Position numbers and translations under genes: made by a program. Positions 21,620 to 31,817 of a stretch of DNA of 64,000 bases are shown piece by piece. The notes under the pieces were generated by a model. It was given only the letters and a program-made list of their open reading frames with translations. It was not told where the DNA came from and searched no databases. The DNA comes from Nitrosopumilus sp. (lineage in GTDB: Archaea; Thermoproteota; Nitrososphaeria; Nitrososphaerales; Nitrosopumilaceae), in assembly GCA_965205675.1 (NCBI GenBank), contig OZ242186.1, positions 32,001 through 96,000 of the forward strand, written 5' to 3'. How positions within the stretch are numbered: the stretch's first letter is position 1; every line of letters begins with the position of its first letter.

Positions 21620-22038
21620 TCATCATTTCCTTTTGAAAAAGAAAAATATTATGAACAAGGATTCATTCGAAAACAAATTGGGCATCTACAATGGGGAATA
21701 AGTCATAACAAAGAAGGAAATTATTGAGTCATCATTAAAAATAAGAGTAATATCAATACTTATGATGATAGAATAGAAAAAGATGGACTTTACCGATAAT
21801 ACTGGTCAAGGATTATCTGGTGATCAAAGTTATGCCAATGCCAATAATTCTGGATTAAAAAATGCAGCATCAAAAGGACAAAAAATACATTTGTTTTGGC
21901 AAGACAATCAAAATAGCAATTACAAGTATATTGGAATAGTCAAAGTAGTAAAAGCAGATGATGGCGGTGAAAAACAGCGTGAGTAAGATGATTATCCAAG
22001 AACCGTAACTATCTTCACTTTGGAGCCTGTAAACTAAT
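21620..22038 (+). pseudogene. SRA/YDG-like DNA-binding domain pseudogene
   Basis: ..LQWGIS..TYDDRIEKDGL / TGQGLSGDQS..N..L..IHLF..YKYIG / VTIFTLEPVN across frames with a stop. Confidence 0.6.
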
Positions 22039-22072
22039 CATCTTTTTTATTCTCTTAACTTATAGAGATCAT

Positions 22073-22933
22073 ATGCAAAATACAATAGCAATTATTTGTG
22101 ATTGTGATGATACTTTAGCGCCTGATACTACTAGTTTACTTTTAGAAAATAACGGAATTGATATCAAATCTTTTTGGAATAAGAACATTTCAAAACAAGT
22201 GAAACAAGGTTGGGATCCTCCAATCGCTTGGATGACAGCGATTGTAGATATGATGAAAACGGGGAAAATAAAGCAAAATACAAATAGAAAATTAGCTGAT
22301 TTTGGAAAAAATATCAAACCATACGAAGGAGTTACAAAATTTATTCCTGAATTAAAAAAAACTATCAGTAAAAATAGTGATTTTGTTGATGTAGGAATAA
22401 AATTAGAATCATATATCATCTCATCTGGTATTGAGGACATCATTAAAGGAAGTTCATTGAATAAACAATTTGATGATATTTTTGCAGGTAGGTTCTTAGA
22501 AGATCCTAAAAATAAAAAAATTACTGGAATCAAATCCAGTGTCACATTTACAGAAAAAACAAAATTTCTCTATGCAATTAACAAAGGTATCACTGGTGAT
22601 GTTTTAAGAAAATCTCCTTATAGTGTAAATGATTCAATTTCAAAAGAAAATCGTAGAGTTCCTTTTGAGTACATGATCTATTTAGGAGATGGACCTAGTG
22701 ATATTCCATGTTTTTCTGCCATTAAAGAAAATGGAGGAAATTGTATTGGAATTATTGAAAAAGAAACTGCTCATAAAGGATATCAACTTGCAAGAGGAAA
22801 ACGAACCACAGTAGGACCATATTCACAAAATTATAAAAAAAATAGTGATTTGTATATGGTTTTAGAAACTATCATTAAAAAAATAGGATATAATATTGTA
22901 GATAAACAACAAAGAAAACAAACTATTGTCTAA
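22073..22933 (+). CDS. HAD-superfamily hydrolase
   Basis: DCDDTL (motif I), IISSG, K, YLGDGPSDIPC (motif IV). Confidence 0.85.
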   Translation: MQNTIAIICDCDDTLAPDTTSLLLENNGIDIKSFWNKNISKQVKQGWDPPIAWMTAIVDMMKTGKIKQNTNRKLADFGKNIKPYEGVTKFIPELKKTISKNSDFVDVGIKLESYIISSGIEDIIKGSSLNKQFDDIFAGRFLEDPKNKKITGIKSSVTFTEKTKFLYAINKGITGDVLRKSPYSVNDSISKENRRVPFEYMIYLGDGPSDIPCFSAIKENGGNCIGIIEKETAHKGYQLARGKRTTVGPYSQNYKKNSDLYMVLETIIKKIGYNIVDKQQRKQTIV

Positions 22934-22939
22934 TTTTGT

Positions 22940-23892
22940 GGAACAATTTCTAAAATTGAATGCTGAACATTAAATCATAGTCTATTCTTTATCATTTTTT
23001 CAATTTCAAGAGGTTGCTTTTTTGCGATATTTTCCTTGCCTCTTGATTGATTCTTCTTTTCCAAATAGTTTATAATCTTCAAAATTTGCCTCAAAATTTC
23101 CATCTAATCCAGTATCTACTTTGGAAATAGTTCCATACCCCCAGAAATAATGCGTTCCATCTATTTTGTCATACCAAACTGCTTTTGCTTTTTCTACCAC
23201 TTTTTTGTAATTTGGATTATGAGGAAAATGATAAATTTTTCCACTAGGATCATCCTCATATGGATTATTTTTAGATTTGTGTCTAAATAGTAAATGATAA
23301 GGAACTTTTTCAGGCGACAATTTTCCTGATTTGAATTCTCCAACATTTTTACATAATCTGGTAGTTATTCAGGAAGTTCTTGGCTTGTAATATTTGAAAT
23401 TATAATTAGTTTTCTTAATTCATTCCTACCGTCATCTACAAGAATCCATTTTTCTGCATTAGGATATACTTTATCAAAACCTAATGGAGTATTTCTTCCT
23501 CCTAATTTTCCGCCATGGCAAATGAAAATATTATTGTCACACTATCTTTGACAAATGCCCTATCACATTGTCTGTTGATTCCTTTCATTGAGGGATTAAT
23601 GTCTAGAACAATGTTATTATTTTTGCCCCAATTTGGTTCATCGATTCCAAAACAATTCCAAAATCTAGGTACAGATACTTCAGGAAGATCATATGTGTAC
23701 CACCATAGATTATCTTTTGAAATAAAATCAACACTATCATCTACATTTTTTTCAGGTCATGGAAATCCAATAATTATTTTATTCCGTTCTGTTGTATGTT
23801 TTTTTAAATTATCTAAAAATATTTTTAGTGGCATTTTGAAGTTCTTTTTCATCTTCTAAGACAAAATATTTTTGATTTTGTTTATTCATCAT
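22940..23892 (-). pseudogene. fragmented restriction-enzyme-associated gene (N-terminal domain plus PUA/EVE-like domain)
   Basis: PRFWNCFG..IVLDINP..GINRQ..ICHGGKLGG, then ORF 23006-23320 YEDDPSGKIYHFP..YFWGYGTI; stops and frameshifts. Confidence 0.5.
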
Positions 23893-23893
23893 C

Positions 23894-26800
23894 TTAATTT
23901 CCATTTTCCTTTGCATCACAAATTGAGGCATAATCACATCTACCACATTTTCTAAACTCTGGTTTTGCATCAAACTCTTCATTAAAAATTGATTCAATCT
24001 TGCCACTTAGGCTTTTTTTGAATTCATTTAATTTTTCTTCCTCGATAAAATGAGGTACTAGTTTGTTGTCCTTTATGTAAAACAAAGATGTTTTCTTTGG
24101 TAGTTTCCCATAGAGTTTCTCTGTTCCCAAAGCATAGATATTCATCTGAACATCTTCTTTGATTGTATTTTTTGTCTTGTATGCATAACCTGTTTTAAAA
24201 TCAATTACTTCATATTCTCCATCTGGAGTCATATCCACTCTGTCAATTTTACCTGAAATTGTTACATTATTTAGTTTGATTTTGAATTTCGACTCTACAT
24301 CAACTGGAGTGTTAGGATTTTTTTCTGCCCACTCAAGATATGTCTTTACCATCTCTTTTGATTTGTCTTTATCTTGAGTCTCTTTGGTTCTTTGATTTCT
24401 ATAAGATGATGTATCCCACTGTTTATCTAAAATTTCAAGTGCTATTTTTTCAGTAGGAACTTTGCCCTCTTTTTGCATTTTGGTCATATTTTCTGCTACT
24501 ATGTGTATTGCAGTACCCACCCCAAAGTATGGCTTTGAAGGAGTAGGGACTCTCAACACATGCTGGAATTTAAATTGCAAAGGACATTCCTCGTAGGTTT
24601 GAATTTTTGATGGACTGAGTCGAAAGTTTTCTTTTTTGATTAGAGGTATTGATTTTTGATATAATTCAGAGTCAATATGAGAATTTTCAGGCGTGATTTC
24701 AAGGATTTTTGCAGGATCAAAATCATCTAAACTCTTGAATTCCTCAAAATGTTTGATTTTTGCCAAATCAATAATTTTCTGGATTGCTGTTTTGAGATTC
24801 ATTTGATTAATTGAATTAACTGCAATTTCTTGATGTTCTTGTTTTAATTGTTCTAGATGATCACCTTGTGCTAGCTGTACATCTGTAGTTGATGTAAATT
24901 CTTCAAATTCAATTAATTCATTTTCCTTAAACTTTAATTCTTCCAAGAATGAAGATGGTTTGGCTTCGGTTTTTCTGTTCTCATAGTTTTGTGCATATGT
25001 AATGTATAGATGACTTTTGGCTCTAGTCATTGCAACATAGAGTAGTCGTTTTTCATCTAAGAGATGAAGTGTTTTCTCATCTGTAGTTCTAACTAATCCC
25101 TCTGCTAAATCTTTTGGCACATAAAATTTCTTAGTTCTTACACGTAATGGTAATTTGTCTTTTGCAGCATCAACTACAAATACAATTTGAAATTCTTTTC
25201 CTTTACTTTGGTGAATGGTAGTTACAAGAATACTGTCTTCTTCTTCTAGTTTTTCAGGTAGTTCCAAATCAAATCTAAATAGATAATTCAGATAGGAAAT
25301 AAAATCGGTAAGACTTTCATCAGGGTATAATGTCTCATATTCTAGTGCATAATTGTAAATTTCTTTGAGTAAAATTCGGTTTACTCTATTCTTAATAGAG
25401 TCATCTTGAATTGATTTTTTGTATAATCCAGAAATTGACATTAAAATTTTATAAATAATGTCACTAGGTCTATCTCTTGATAATTTAGATAAACTTGATA
25501 AAATATCTACAAATTCTAAAATTTCTTTTTTCTGTGTAGTATCTTGACTTGCAATTTCTTGCAAGGATTTTAACACATAATCCACTCCTGGATTATCATC
25601 ATCAGATATTTTCTCACCATAGTGATTAATTTTGGCAATGTTGTATTCTGTTATTCCATGATTTTTTAATAATCTTGTAATTTCTCTACCTGCATTTGCA
25701 GGGCAATTTACCACAGCAAGATATGCCATCACATCTTTGACTATGGGGGTTGCAAAGAGATTATCAGAACCTACAAAATCTGCAGGTAATCCATGAGCTT
25801 TGAGAGATTTGACAAATTTTACGCCTGATTTTCGACTCCTAGCAAGAATTGCAATATCTCCATATGATATTGTCCCTTCAATTCCATCTTCTCGAACTAT
25901 TGGTTTTCCAAGTAGTTTTTTTATATTTTTTACAACATATTCAACTTCGGCGTTTTCATCAGAACATGCACATACTTTGATTTTCTCGCCTTCAATGTTT
26001 TTAGAAAATAATTTCTTTGTTTGACGCTCTTCAATATTTGAAACTAGAGTGCTTGCTAGATTTACAATATTTTGTGTACTACGATAATTTTGATCAAGAT
26101 TTATAATTTTTGTATTCTTAAAATATTCTTCAAAATCATCAAAATTTTTCATATATGCTCCTTGGAATCGAAATATGGATTGATCATCATCACCTACTGC
26201 CGTTACATTCCCATTATCTGAAATTAGTTTGACTAGTTTTAGTTGTGCAAAGTTGTTATCTTGAAATTCATCAACTAGAATGTGTTTGTATTTTTTTTGT
26301 AGTTTTTGCTGAACCAATGGTTTTGATTTAACAAGGTTAACTGTCTCAACTATAATATCATTAAAATCAATCACACTTTTGGCACCCCAGAACTCTTGAT
26401 ATTTTACATAAACACTACACAAATCACTTAATCTATTTATCAAATCTTGCTCTTCATCATCTAATTCTTGAGAATTTTTTGAATCAAGGTATTTGTTTAG
26501 AGATTCCGGCGAGATTAATTCATCTTTGAATGTTCTTATCCCATCAATGATTGCTCGGATTAAATCTTCAGCATTATTTCCTATTGTAACATGTTGAAAA
26601 TTAAATGAATCAATATTTTTAAGACCCCATGCTAGTTGAGCAGATCTTTTGATTACACCTGATGAAATGTTTATTCCTGATTCTAGTACATTGTCTTCTA
26701 GAACTGATTTTGCAAAAGAGTGAAAAGTACTAGTTTCTACATCTGTAATGTCTTGACTTTCTAACCTTTGAGCCATTTCTTCAGTTGCTTTTTTGGTAAA

Positions 26801-26959
26801 AGTGAGACAAAGAATTTCTGATGGCTTTATTCCTGAATTTACTAGATGAAGAATTCTTTCAATGATCACTCTGGTTTTTCCACTGCCTGGACCTGCAACA
26901 ATTAGTAATGGTGAATCTGAATGTTTTACTGCTAATTGCTGTGATGTATTTAATTCCAT
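23894..26959 (-). CDS. UvrD/PcrA-type SF1A helicase fused to a C-terminal PD-(D/E)XK nuclease with 4 Cys (AddA/AdnAB-like)
   Basis: AGPGSGKT, TFH, VDEFQD, VGDDDQSIFRFQGA, NYRS, TIHQSKGKEF, YVAMTRA; LSPS..YEECP, GKIDRVD, IDFKTG, QMNIY, CGRCDYASIC. Confidence 0.93.
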   Translation of the reverse strand: MELNTSQQLAVKHSDSPLLIVAGPGSGKTRVIIERILHLVNSGIKPSEILCLTFTKKATEEMAQRLESQDITDVETSTFHSFAKSVLEDNVLESGINISSGVIKRSAQLAWGLKNIDSFNFQHVTIGNNAEDLIRAIIDGIRTFKDELISPESLNKYLDSKNSQELDDEEQDLINRLSDLCSVYVKYQEFWGAKSVIDFNDIIVETVNLVKSKPLVQQKLQKKYKHILVDEFQDNNFAQLKLVKLISDNGNVTAVGDDDQSIFRFQGAYMKNFDDFEEYFKNTKIINLDQNYRSTQNIVNLASTLVSNIEERQTKKLFSKNIEGEKIKVCACSDENAEVEYVVKNIKKLLGKPIVREDGIEGTISYGDIAILARSRKSGVKFVKSLKAHGLPADFVGSDNLFATPIVKDVMAYLAVVNCPANAGREITRLLKNHGITEYNIAKINHYGEKISDDDNPGVDYVLKSLQEIASQDTTQKKEILEFVDILSSLSKLSRDRPSDIIYKILMSISGLYKKSIQDDSIKNRVNRILLKEIYNYALEYETLYPDESLTDFISYLNYLFRFDLELPEKLEEEDSILVTTIHQSKGKEFQIVFVVDAAKDKLPLRVRTKKFYVPKDLAEGLVRTTDEKTLHLLDEKRLLYVAMTRAKSHLYITYAQNYENRKTEAKPSSFLEELKFKENELIEFEEFTSTTDVQLAQGDHLEQLKQEHQEIAVNSINQMNLKTAIQKIIDLAKIKHFEEFKSLDDFDPAKILEITPENSHIDSELYQKSIPLIKKENFRLSPSKIQTYEECPLQFKFQHVLRVPTPSKPYFGVGTAIHIVAENMTKMQKEGKVPTEKIALEILDKQWDTSSYRNQRTKETQDKDKSKEMVKTYLEWAEKNPNTPVDVESKFKIKLNNVTISGKIDRVDMTPDGEYEVIDFKTGYAYKTKNTIKEDVQMNIYALGTEKLYGKLPKKTSLFYIKDNKLVPHFIEEEKLNEFKKSLSGKIESIFNEEFDAKPEFRKCGRCDYASICDAKENGN

Positions 26960-27108
26960 AGAATTCTCTTTGATATGTTCATAATGTAAGAATTATGTTT
27001 AATTTTAGTCGTAAAATTGATGAAATATGCATATCTATTCGGTAAATTGTTTTAATTCCTCTTTTCTTCCTTTAGATTCAAATTCTTTTGACAGTTCTTT
27101 AATTATAT

Positions 27109-28245
27109 GAGACTTGGGCATAACTAATTCTAATTTTTGAGTCAATTCTCAAATTATTCAAATAGAAAAAGCTAAGGATCTGTACAATATCATTTCATTG
27201 CAACTTCCTGTTCTAAAAATCCCCAACAACATAAGGTATAATCATTCCTTATTGGTGTGTTACATTTGGTGGGACTGTTGTCTTTGTATGAGGAGATACT
27301 GAAACCTGGTAAGACCGTACGTGTACTCTACAATTCTGATGGTACAGCTGTTTATCATAAAGTCATGGATGAGAATTCCAAGCAATAACACATTATATCA
27401 TTTCCTTTCGACTAGAGGTACTGATGATAAATTGTTCAAGGTTTGCAGATTAACTCAAAATCCCAAATAGAAGAACAATTGACAGGTGATTCCAAGTTCT
27501 GCCAATTGGTGATATCGTTGGGACAATGGAAAGCCTGTTTGTATCAGAGAAACTAGTCGACGACATATCTGCATCAGTGGATAGTTCCATGCTAAAAGCT
27601 GCAGGATCCAGTATGGCACAAATCAGATATGAAAAAGAATGGAATTCCAATCTCAGGAATTGATACTGATGCCTTTGACTTTTTCAACCAAAGGGTTGGA
27701 TATTTGGATATAAACTACACATGAGTTGCAGTACTGGAAAATTATCAGTACCATTGTCTGCCAATGTTAGTACTGCAAATGTTCAGGACAACAAGATGTA
27801 TGAAATGCTAACTGAATCTCTTGCAGGATTAGTTGAGAATATTTTAGCAGATCCTGCATATGACAATGGTTCACTGCATCAATTTAGCAACAAGAAAAAT
27901 CTGAGACTAATTACTCCAATAAAACAATACCCGCATACGCCACCAGAGGGAATAAAACTCGTAGAGTTTTATAATTCTGTAATTAGTCAAGAGCTGTATG
28001 CAGATAGAAAAGTCTCAATTGAACCTCTATTTGAGTATCTCAAAGATATTTTTGACATCAGAGTATTGCCTGTAAAGGGATTGCACAATGTCAAATCATT
28101 TGTGTTGGTTTGTGTTCTTGTGTATCAGTTGATAGTATACTACAACTGTGCAATTAGGACAGAGAATCCAAGAATTGTAAAGAGAATGCTGTATTGCTAG
28201 AGAGATATTGGAAATTATTTTTGTAAATCATTATGTCCAAGTCTC
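27109..28245 (+). mobile_element. degenerate DDE_Tnp_1-type IS (IS4/IS5/IS982-like), transposase pseudogene
   Basis: 15-bp TIRs GAGACTTGGGCATAA / TTATGTCCAAGTCTC; fragments SVDSSMLKA, GWIFGYKLH, LADPAYD, RKVSIEPLF. Confidence 0.85.
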
Positions 28246-28277
28246 GGGTACATAATCACCAATTTTTTTTATATTAG

Positions 28278-29232
28278 TAACTATAACCATATGTGCCAAA
28301 ATCAGCTAGGAAATTAGATGGTACTTGCATTCGTATCAAGAAAGTAAGAAATGCAAACAAACACACTACCCTTCCTGAAAAAAAATATTTGATGTTTGTA
28401 GGATTGGATGTTCACAAGAACTCTGTACAGGTGGCAGCAGTAGATGAGATTGGCAAATTATTATTTAACAAAAAGATTTCCAGTGATTTTTCTGCTATTA
28501 GCAAAATTACATCCAAAATTCCAAAGAACGCAAAATATGTTTTAGAGTCATCATCTGTCTGGTATGGTTTGTACAGACACATGACAGGCAAATTACATCT
28601 TGATGTTGTATTATCAAATCCATACAACACAAAGATAATTGCCGCATCCCTCAAAAAGACCGATAACATTGATGTGTATCAACTTGCAAATCTGTTACGA
28701 GGAAGGTATTGCAGAATTATTTGTGTCAGATCATACTATTGTGTAATACAGACAGCTTGTAAGACATCGACACAAGATTATACGCGTTATTGTAAAGATG
28801 AAGAATTCCATACATGGCATTACACTACAGAAGGGAATCCATATTAAAGCGACATCCTTCTCCTCAACACATACGAGCCACTTGGAAATCTGAAAAGTTA
28901 CAGAATAGACTCGCATCTGCAAAGCATGGGATTTCACAAAAAAGAGGTTGCAAAAATAGATTCCATGATACGTCGTATGGTGATTGGAAATCATGATGTG
29001 CATATTTTGACATCGATACCTAGCGTTGGACTGCAAGTCGCGTTAGAATTTATGAGGGACAAGGCCTCGTCTGATAACTGCGAACAATCCTAATGAAAGG
29101 ATAAAGATAGCATTGAGAGAATAGTCTCGTATGGATACATGCCCGCATCTTTTGATTGTAATTCTTCTTTAACGAAAGCCATGCCCTAATGTTTAGAAAG
29201 AGAGGAAATGTATAAAACAATTCACATGGATA
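28278..29232 (+). mobile_element. IS110 element (IS110A-like), frameshifted and internally deleted, both ends retained
   Basis: Left end TAACTATAACCATATGTGCC shared with the other copies; ORF 28293-28847 FVGLDVHK; deletion after IPSVG; right end TTCACATGGATA. Confidence 0.88.
29034..29232 (+). ncRNA. candidate IS110 bridge RNA, variant 2, plus right end
   Basis: Co-linear with 46094-46296 as conserved blocks and variable loops; internal ATGGATA (29131-29137) equals terminal ATGGATA (29226-29232). Confidence 0.6.
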
Positions 29233-29426
29233 ATCATATGCTTCGGCTTTCGTTAGTAACTAGGCAATTCCAGCAGACAATTTCAATAATCTTTGAGTTT
29301 ATGGATTTAGTAATTTATAGTTCCATTAGCTAATAGTATAAATATTAAAAATTATACAAAAATTATTGTTTTTATGCAAATTTTCATACTAAATGTTAAA
29401 TACTTAAAGTTATTATAGTAATTAAT

Positions 29427-29557
29427 GTCGAAAGATATACTTCCTATCGACTGAACTTGCGTAGCCCCGCAGAACGAAAAAGGTAATCAGACGTTAAACG
29501 ACTGACAAATAGAGGAAATCTCTCAAAGTTCTGTAGCAAAGGGGTATACGCCTTTTT
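29427..29557 (+). ncRNA. structured intergenic ncRNA candidate
   Basis: GC-rich relative to flanks; hairpin GTCGA..TCGAC then long stem GCGTA-GCCCC-GCAGAAC / GTTCTGT..GGGG-TA-TACGC; upstream TTAAATA box, downstream T-tract. Confidence 0.55.
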
Positions 29558-29984
29558 AATTTTCTAAAATATCTACAGATACCGAACCTGTTGTTTCACT
29601 ATTTGGATTAATTGTAATTGAAAGAGTTTGCATTTCTGAAATTGTAATATTTCTCTTCCCATCATAATCCCATGTATAATATTCTGATATTCCAGTTTGA
29701 TGTTGTGTTCCAATTCGTTTAAAATCTTCAGCATATTCAAACGAATTTCCATTTAATGTAATTGACAAAACTTTTGGACTACTACCATTTGGAACAAAGC
29801 GAAAAAAATATTCGCCACTCTCAATTGTAAAAGTCGCAGTATATACTCCATCAACGTATACTTTGGGATCTGCAAGTGTTGCATGAAATACTATATTCTT
29901 TTTTTCTATTGGTTCATTTGATGAAAAACTGGCTAGAACAATTACAATGATTGTAAATATGGGAATTATTATTATTTTATTCAA
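29556..29984 (-). CDS. membrane-anchored hypothetical protein
   Basis: N-terminal hydrophobic helix followed by a beta-rich domain. Confidence 0.7.
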   Translation of the reverse strand: MNKIIIIPIFTIIVIVLASFSSNEPIEKKNIVFHATLADPKVYVDGVYTATFTIESGEYFFRFVPNGSSPKVLSITLNGNSFEYAEDFKRIGTQHQTGISEYYTWDYDGKRNITISEMQTLSITINPNSETTGSVSVDILEN

Positions 29985-30068
29985 TAATATTTGTTTTAAA
30001 TTCCATTATAAAAATAAATTCTATCAATACGCTCAAGTCTGTAATTTATACATAATTTAAAAATGGAT

Positions 30069-30365
30069 TTAATTTGTAAAATGCTTTTTGATGGATTCAT
30101 GAGTGTTATCCACTTTGTCATTTTGTAATACTTTGCCTGCATCATCCATTATTGCTACTTGAAGAAACTTCTTGTGCAGGTCAATGCCCACAAACATGCC
30201 TTTCTTTGGTTTCTTCCTAATCTGTTTGTTTGTAATCTTTTTTGGAGCCGAGTATTTACGAACCTTGGAACTGCTAGACTCATTTTTTATGCTATCTGAT
30301 TTCCTTGCTTTCTTATTCACATATCCATGTGAATCCCTTTTAACTATTGTCGGTATTTTTGCCAT
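30069..30365 (-). pseudogene. IS110B transposase, truncated after the first RuvC strand
   Basis: Basic N-terminal extension then MFVGIDLHKKFLQVAIMD. Confidence 0.85.
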
Positions 30366-30372
30366 ATTAATT

Positions 30373-30533
30373 ACAGCTTACGCTAATACACTCATACTTT
30401 CAATCACAGATGAAACCAGACACATATCCATTCGGGGTTCTCCCCCAGTACCATCTTCATCCATTTATTAGGTGAAACCGCGGTTATAGTTTCGAGGTAT
30501 TATGCATCCTCAATGTGAAAACGCGGCCAAACT
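30373..30533 (-). ncRNA. candidate IS110 bridge RNA, variant 1 (copy 2)
   Basis: Same sequence as 7300-7460. Confidence 0.6.
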
Positions 30534-30555
30534 CCTAACTGTAATGTTTTACAAA

Positions 30556-31672
30556 TTATTGATGACATTGAACAAATTCTCTCCTCTCTTTTAGCATCCA
30601 ATATATGACACGCAATAACTTTGATGCAGCAGCAACTGCTGCCTTTGAGGTCCCTCTCTTTTTCTTAATGCGATTATAAAATTTTGTAATGTTGCTATCT
30701 GGTGCGTATCTAACATGTGCATGAATTGCCTCCACTAGCAACCATCTTAGCATGGTGCTTCCTCTCTTTGTAATTCTTCCGTGATGTATTGTATCTGCAG
30801 AATTTCTCACCGATGGAACAATCCCTGCATATGCACATAACTTGTGAGAATTTGAAAATCTACTAATCTCTGCAATTTCTGAGAATATGCTCAATGCAGT
30901 GTATGGTCCAACTCCAGGTGTGGATATCAAAATACACACACCAGGATTATCATTTACCATGCGACGTATCATGGAATCTATCTTTGCAACCTCCTTTTTG
31001 TGAAATTTTATGCTTTGTAGGTACGAATCTATTCTATAACTCTCCAATTTTCCAAGTGCACGTATGTGTTCTGAGGAAAATGGTGTTGCTTTGATATGGA
31101 TTCCCTCCTGTAGTGTAATACCATGTATGGAATTCTTCATCTTTACAATAATGCGTATAATCTTGTGTCGATGTCTTACAAGCTGTCTGTATTGCACAAT
31201 TGTGTGATCTGGCACAAATGATTCTGCAATGTATCCCTCCTCGTAGCAAATTTGCAAGATGGTACGCATCAATTTTATCAGTCTTTTTGAGTGATGATGC
31301 TATTATCTTTGTGTTGTATGGATTAGATAGTATAACATCAAGATGTAATTTGTCTGTCATGTGTCTATAAAGGCCATACCAGACAGATGATGACTCTAAA
31401 ACATATTTTGCGTTCTTTGGAATTTTGGATGTAATTTTGCTAATAGCAGAAAAATCACTGGAAATCTTTTTGTTAAATAATAATTTGCCAATCTCATCTA
31501 CTGCTGCCACCTGTACAGAGTTCTTGTGAACATCCAATCCTACAAACATCAAATATTTTTTTTTCAGGAAGGGTAGTGTGTTTGTTTGCATTTCTTACTT
31601 TCTTGATACGAATGCAAGTACCATCTAATTTCCTAGCTGATTTTGGCACATATGGTTATGGTTATAGTTATC
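30556..31672 (-). mobile_element. IS110A transposase (ORFs 31034-31591 and 30556-31272, +1 frameshift) and left end
   Basis: Near-identical to 7483-8590. Confidence 0.92.
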
Positions 31673-31817
31673 TTTTATTATCATATTTTTTCTGAGATAT
31701 GATTGGATTTGAAATATATGCGATCCAAATCTCTTTAGGTGGTACTTTGAGTCTAGATTGTATATTAGGAAACAAAGTTATGCAGACCAAACTTTGATTT
31801 GATTTTTTTACTACAAT

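Noticed and set aside
23894-24650. Cas4 gene
   Set aside because: It is the fused nuclease domain of a UvrD helicase, with no CRISPR context
29480-29535. Hammerhead ribozyme or tRNA
   Set aside because: CTGACAA does not fit the CUGANGA core and there is no cloverleaf or T-loop
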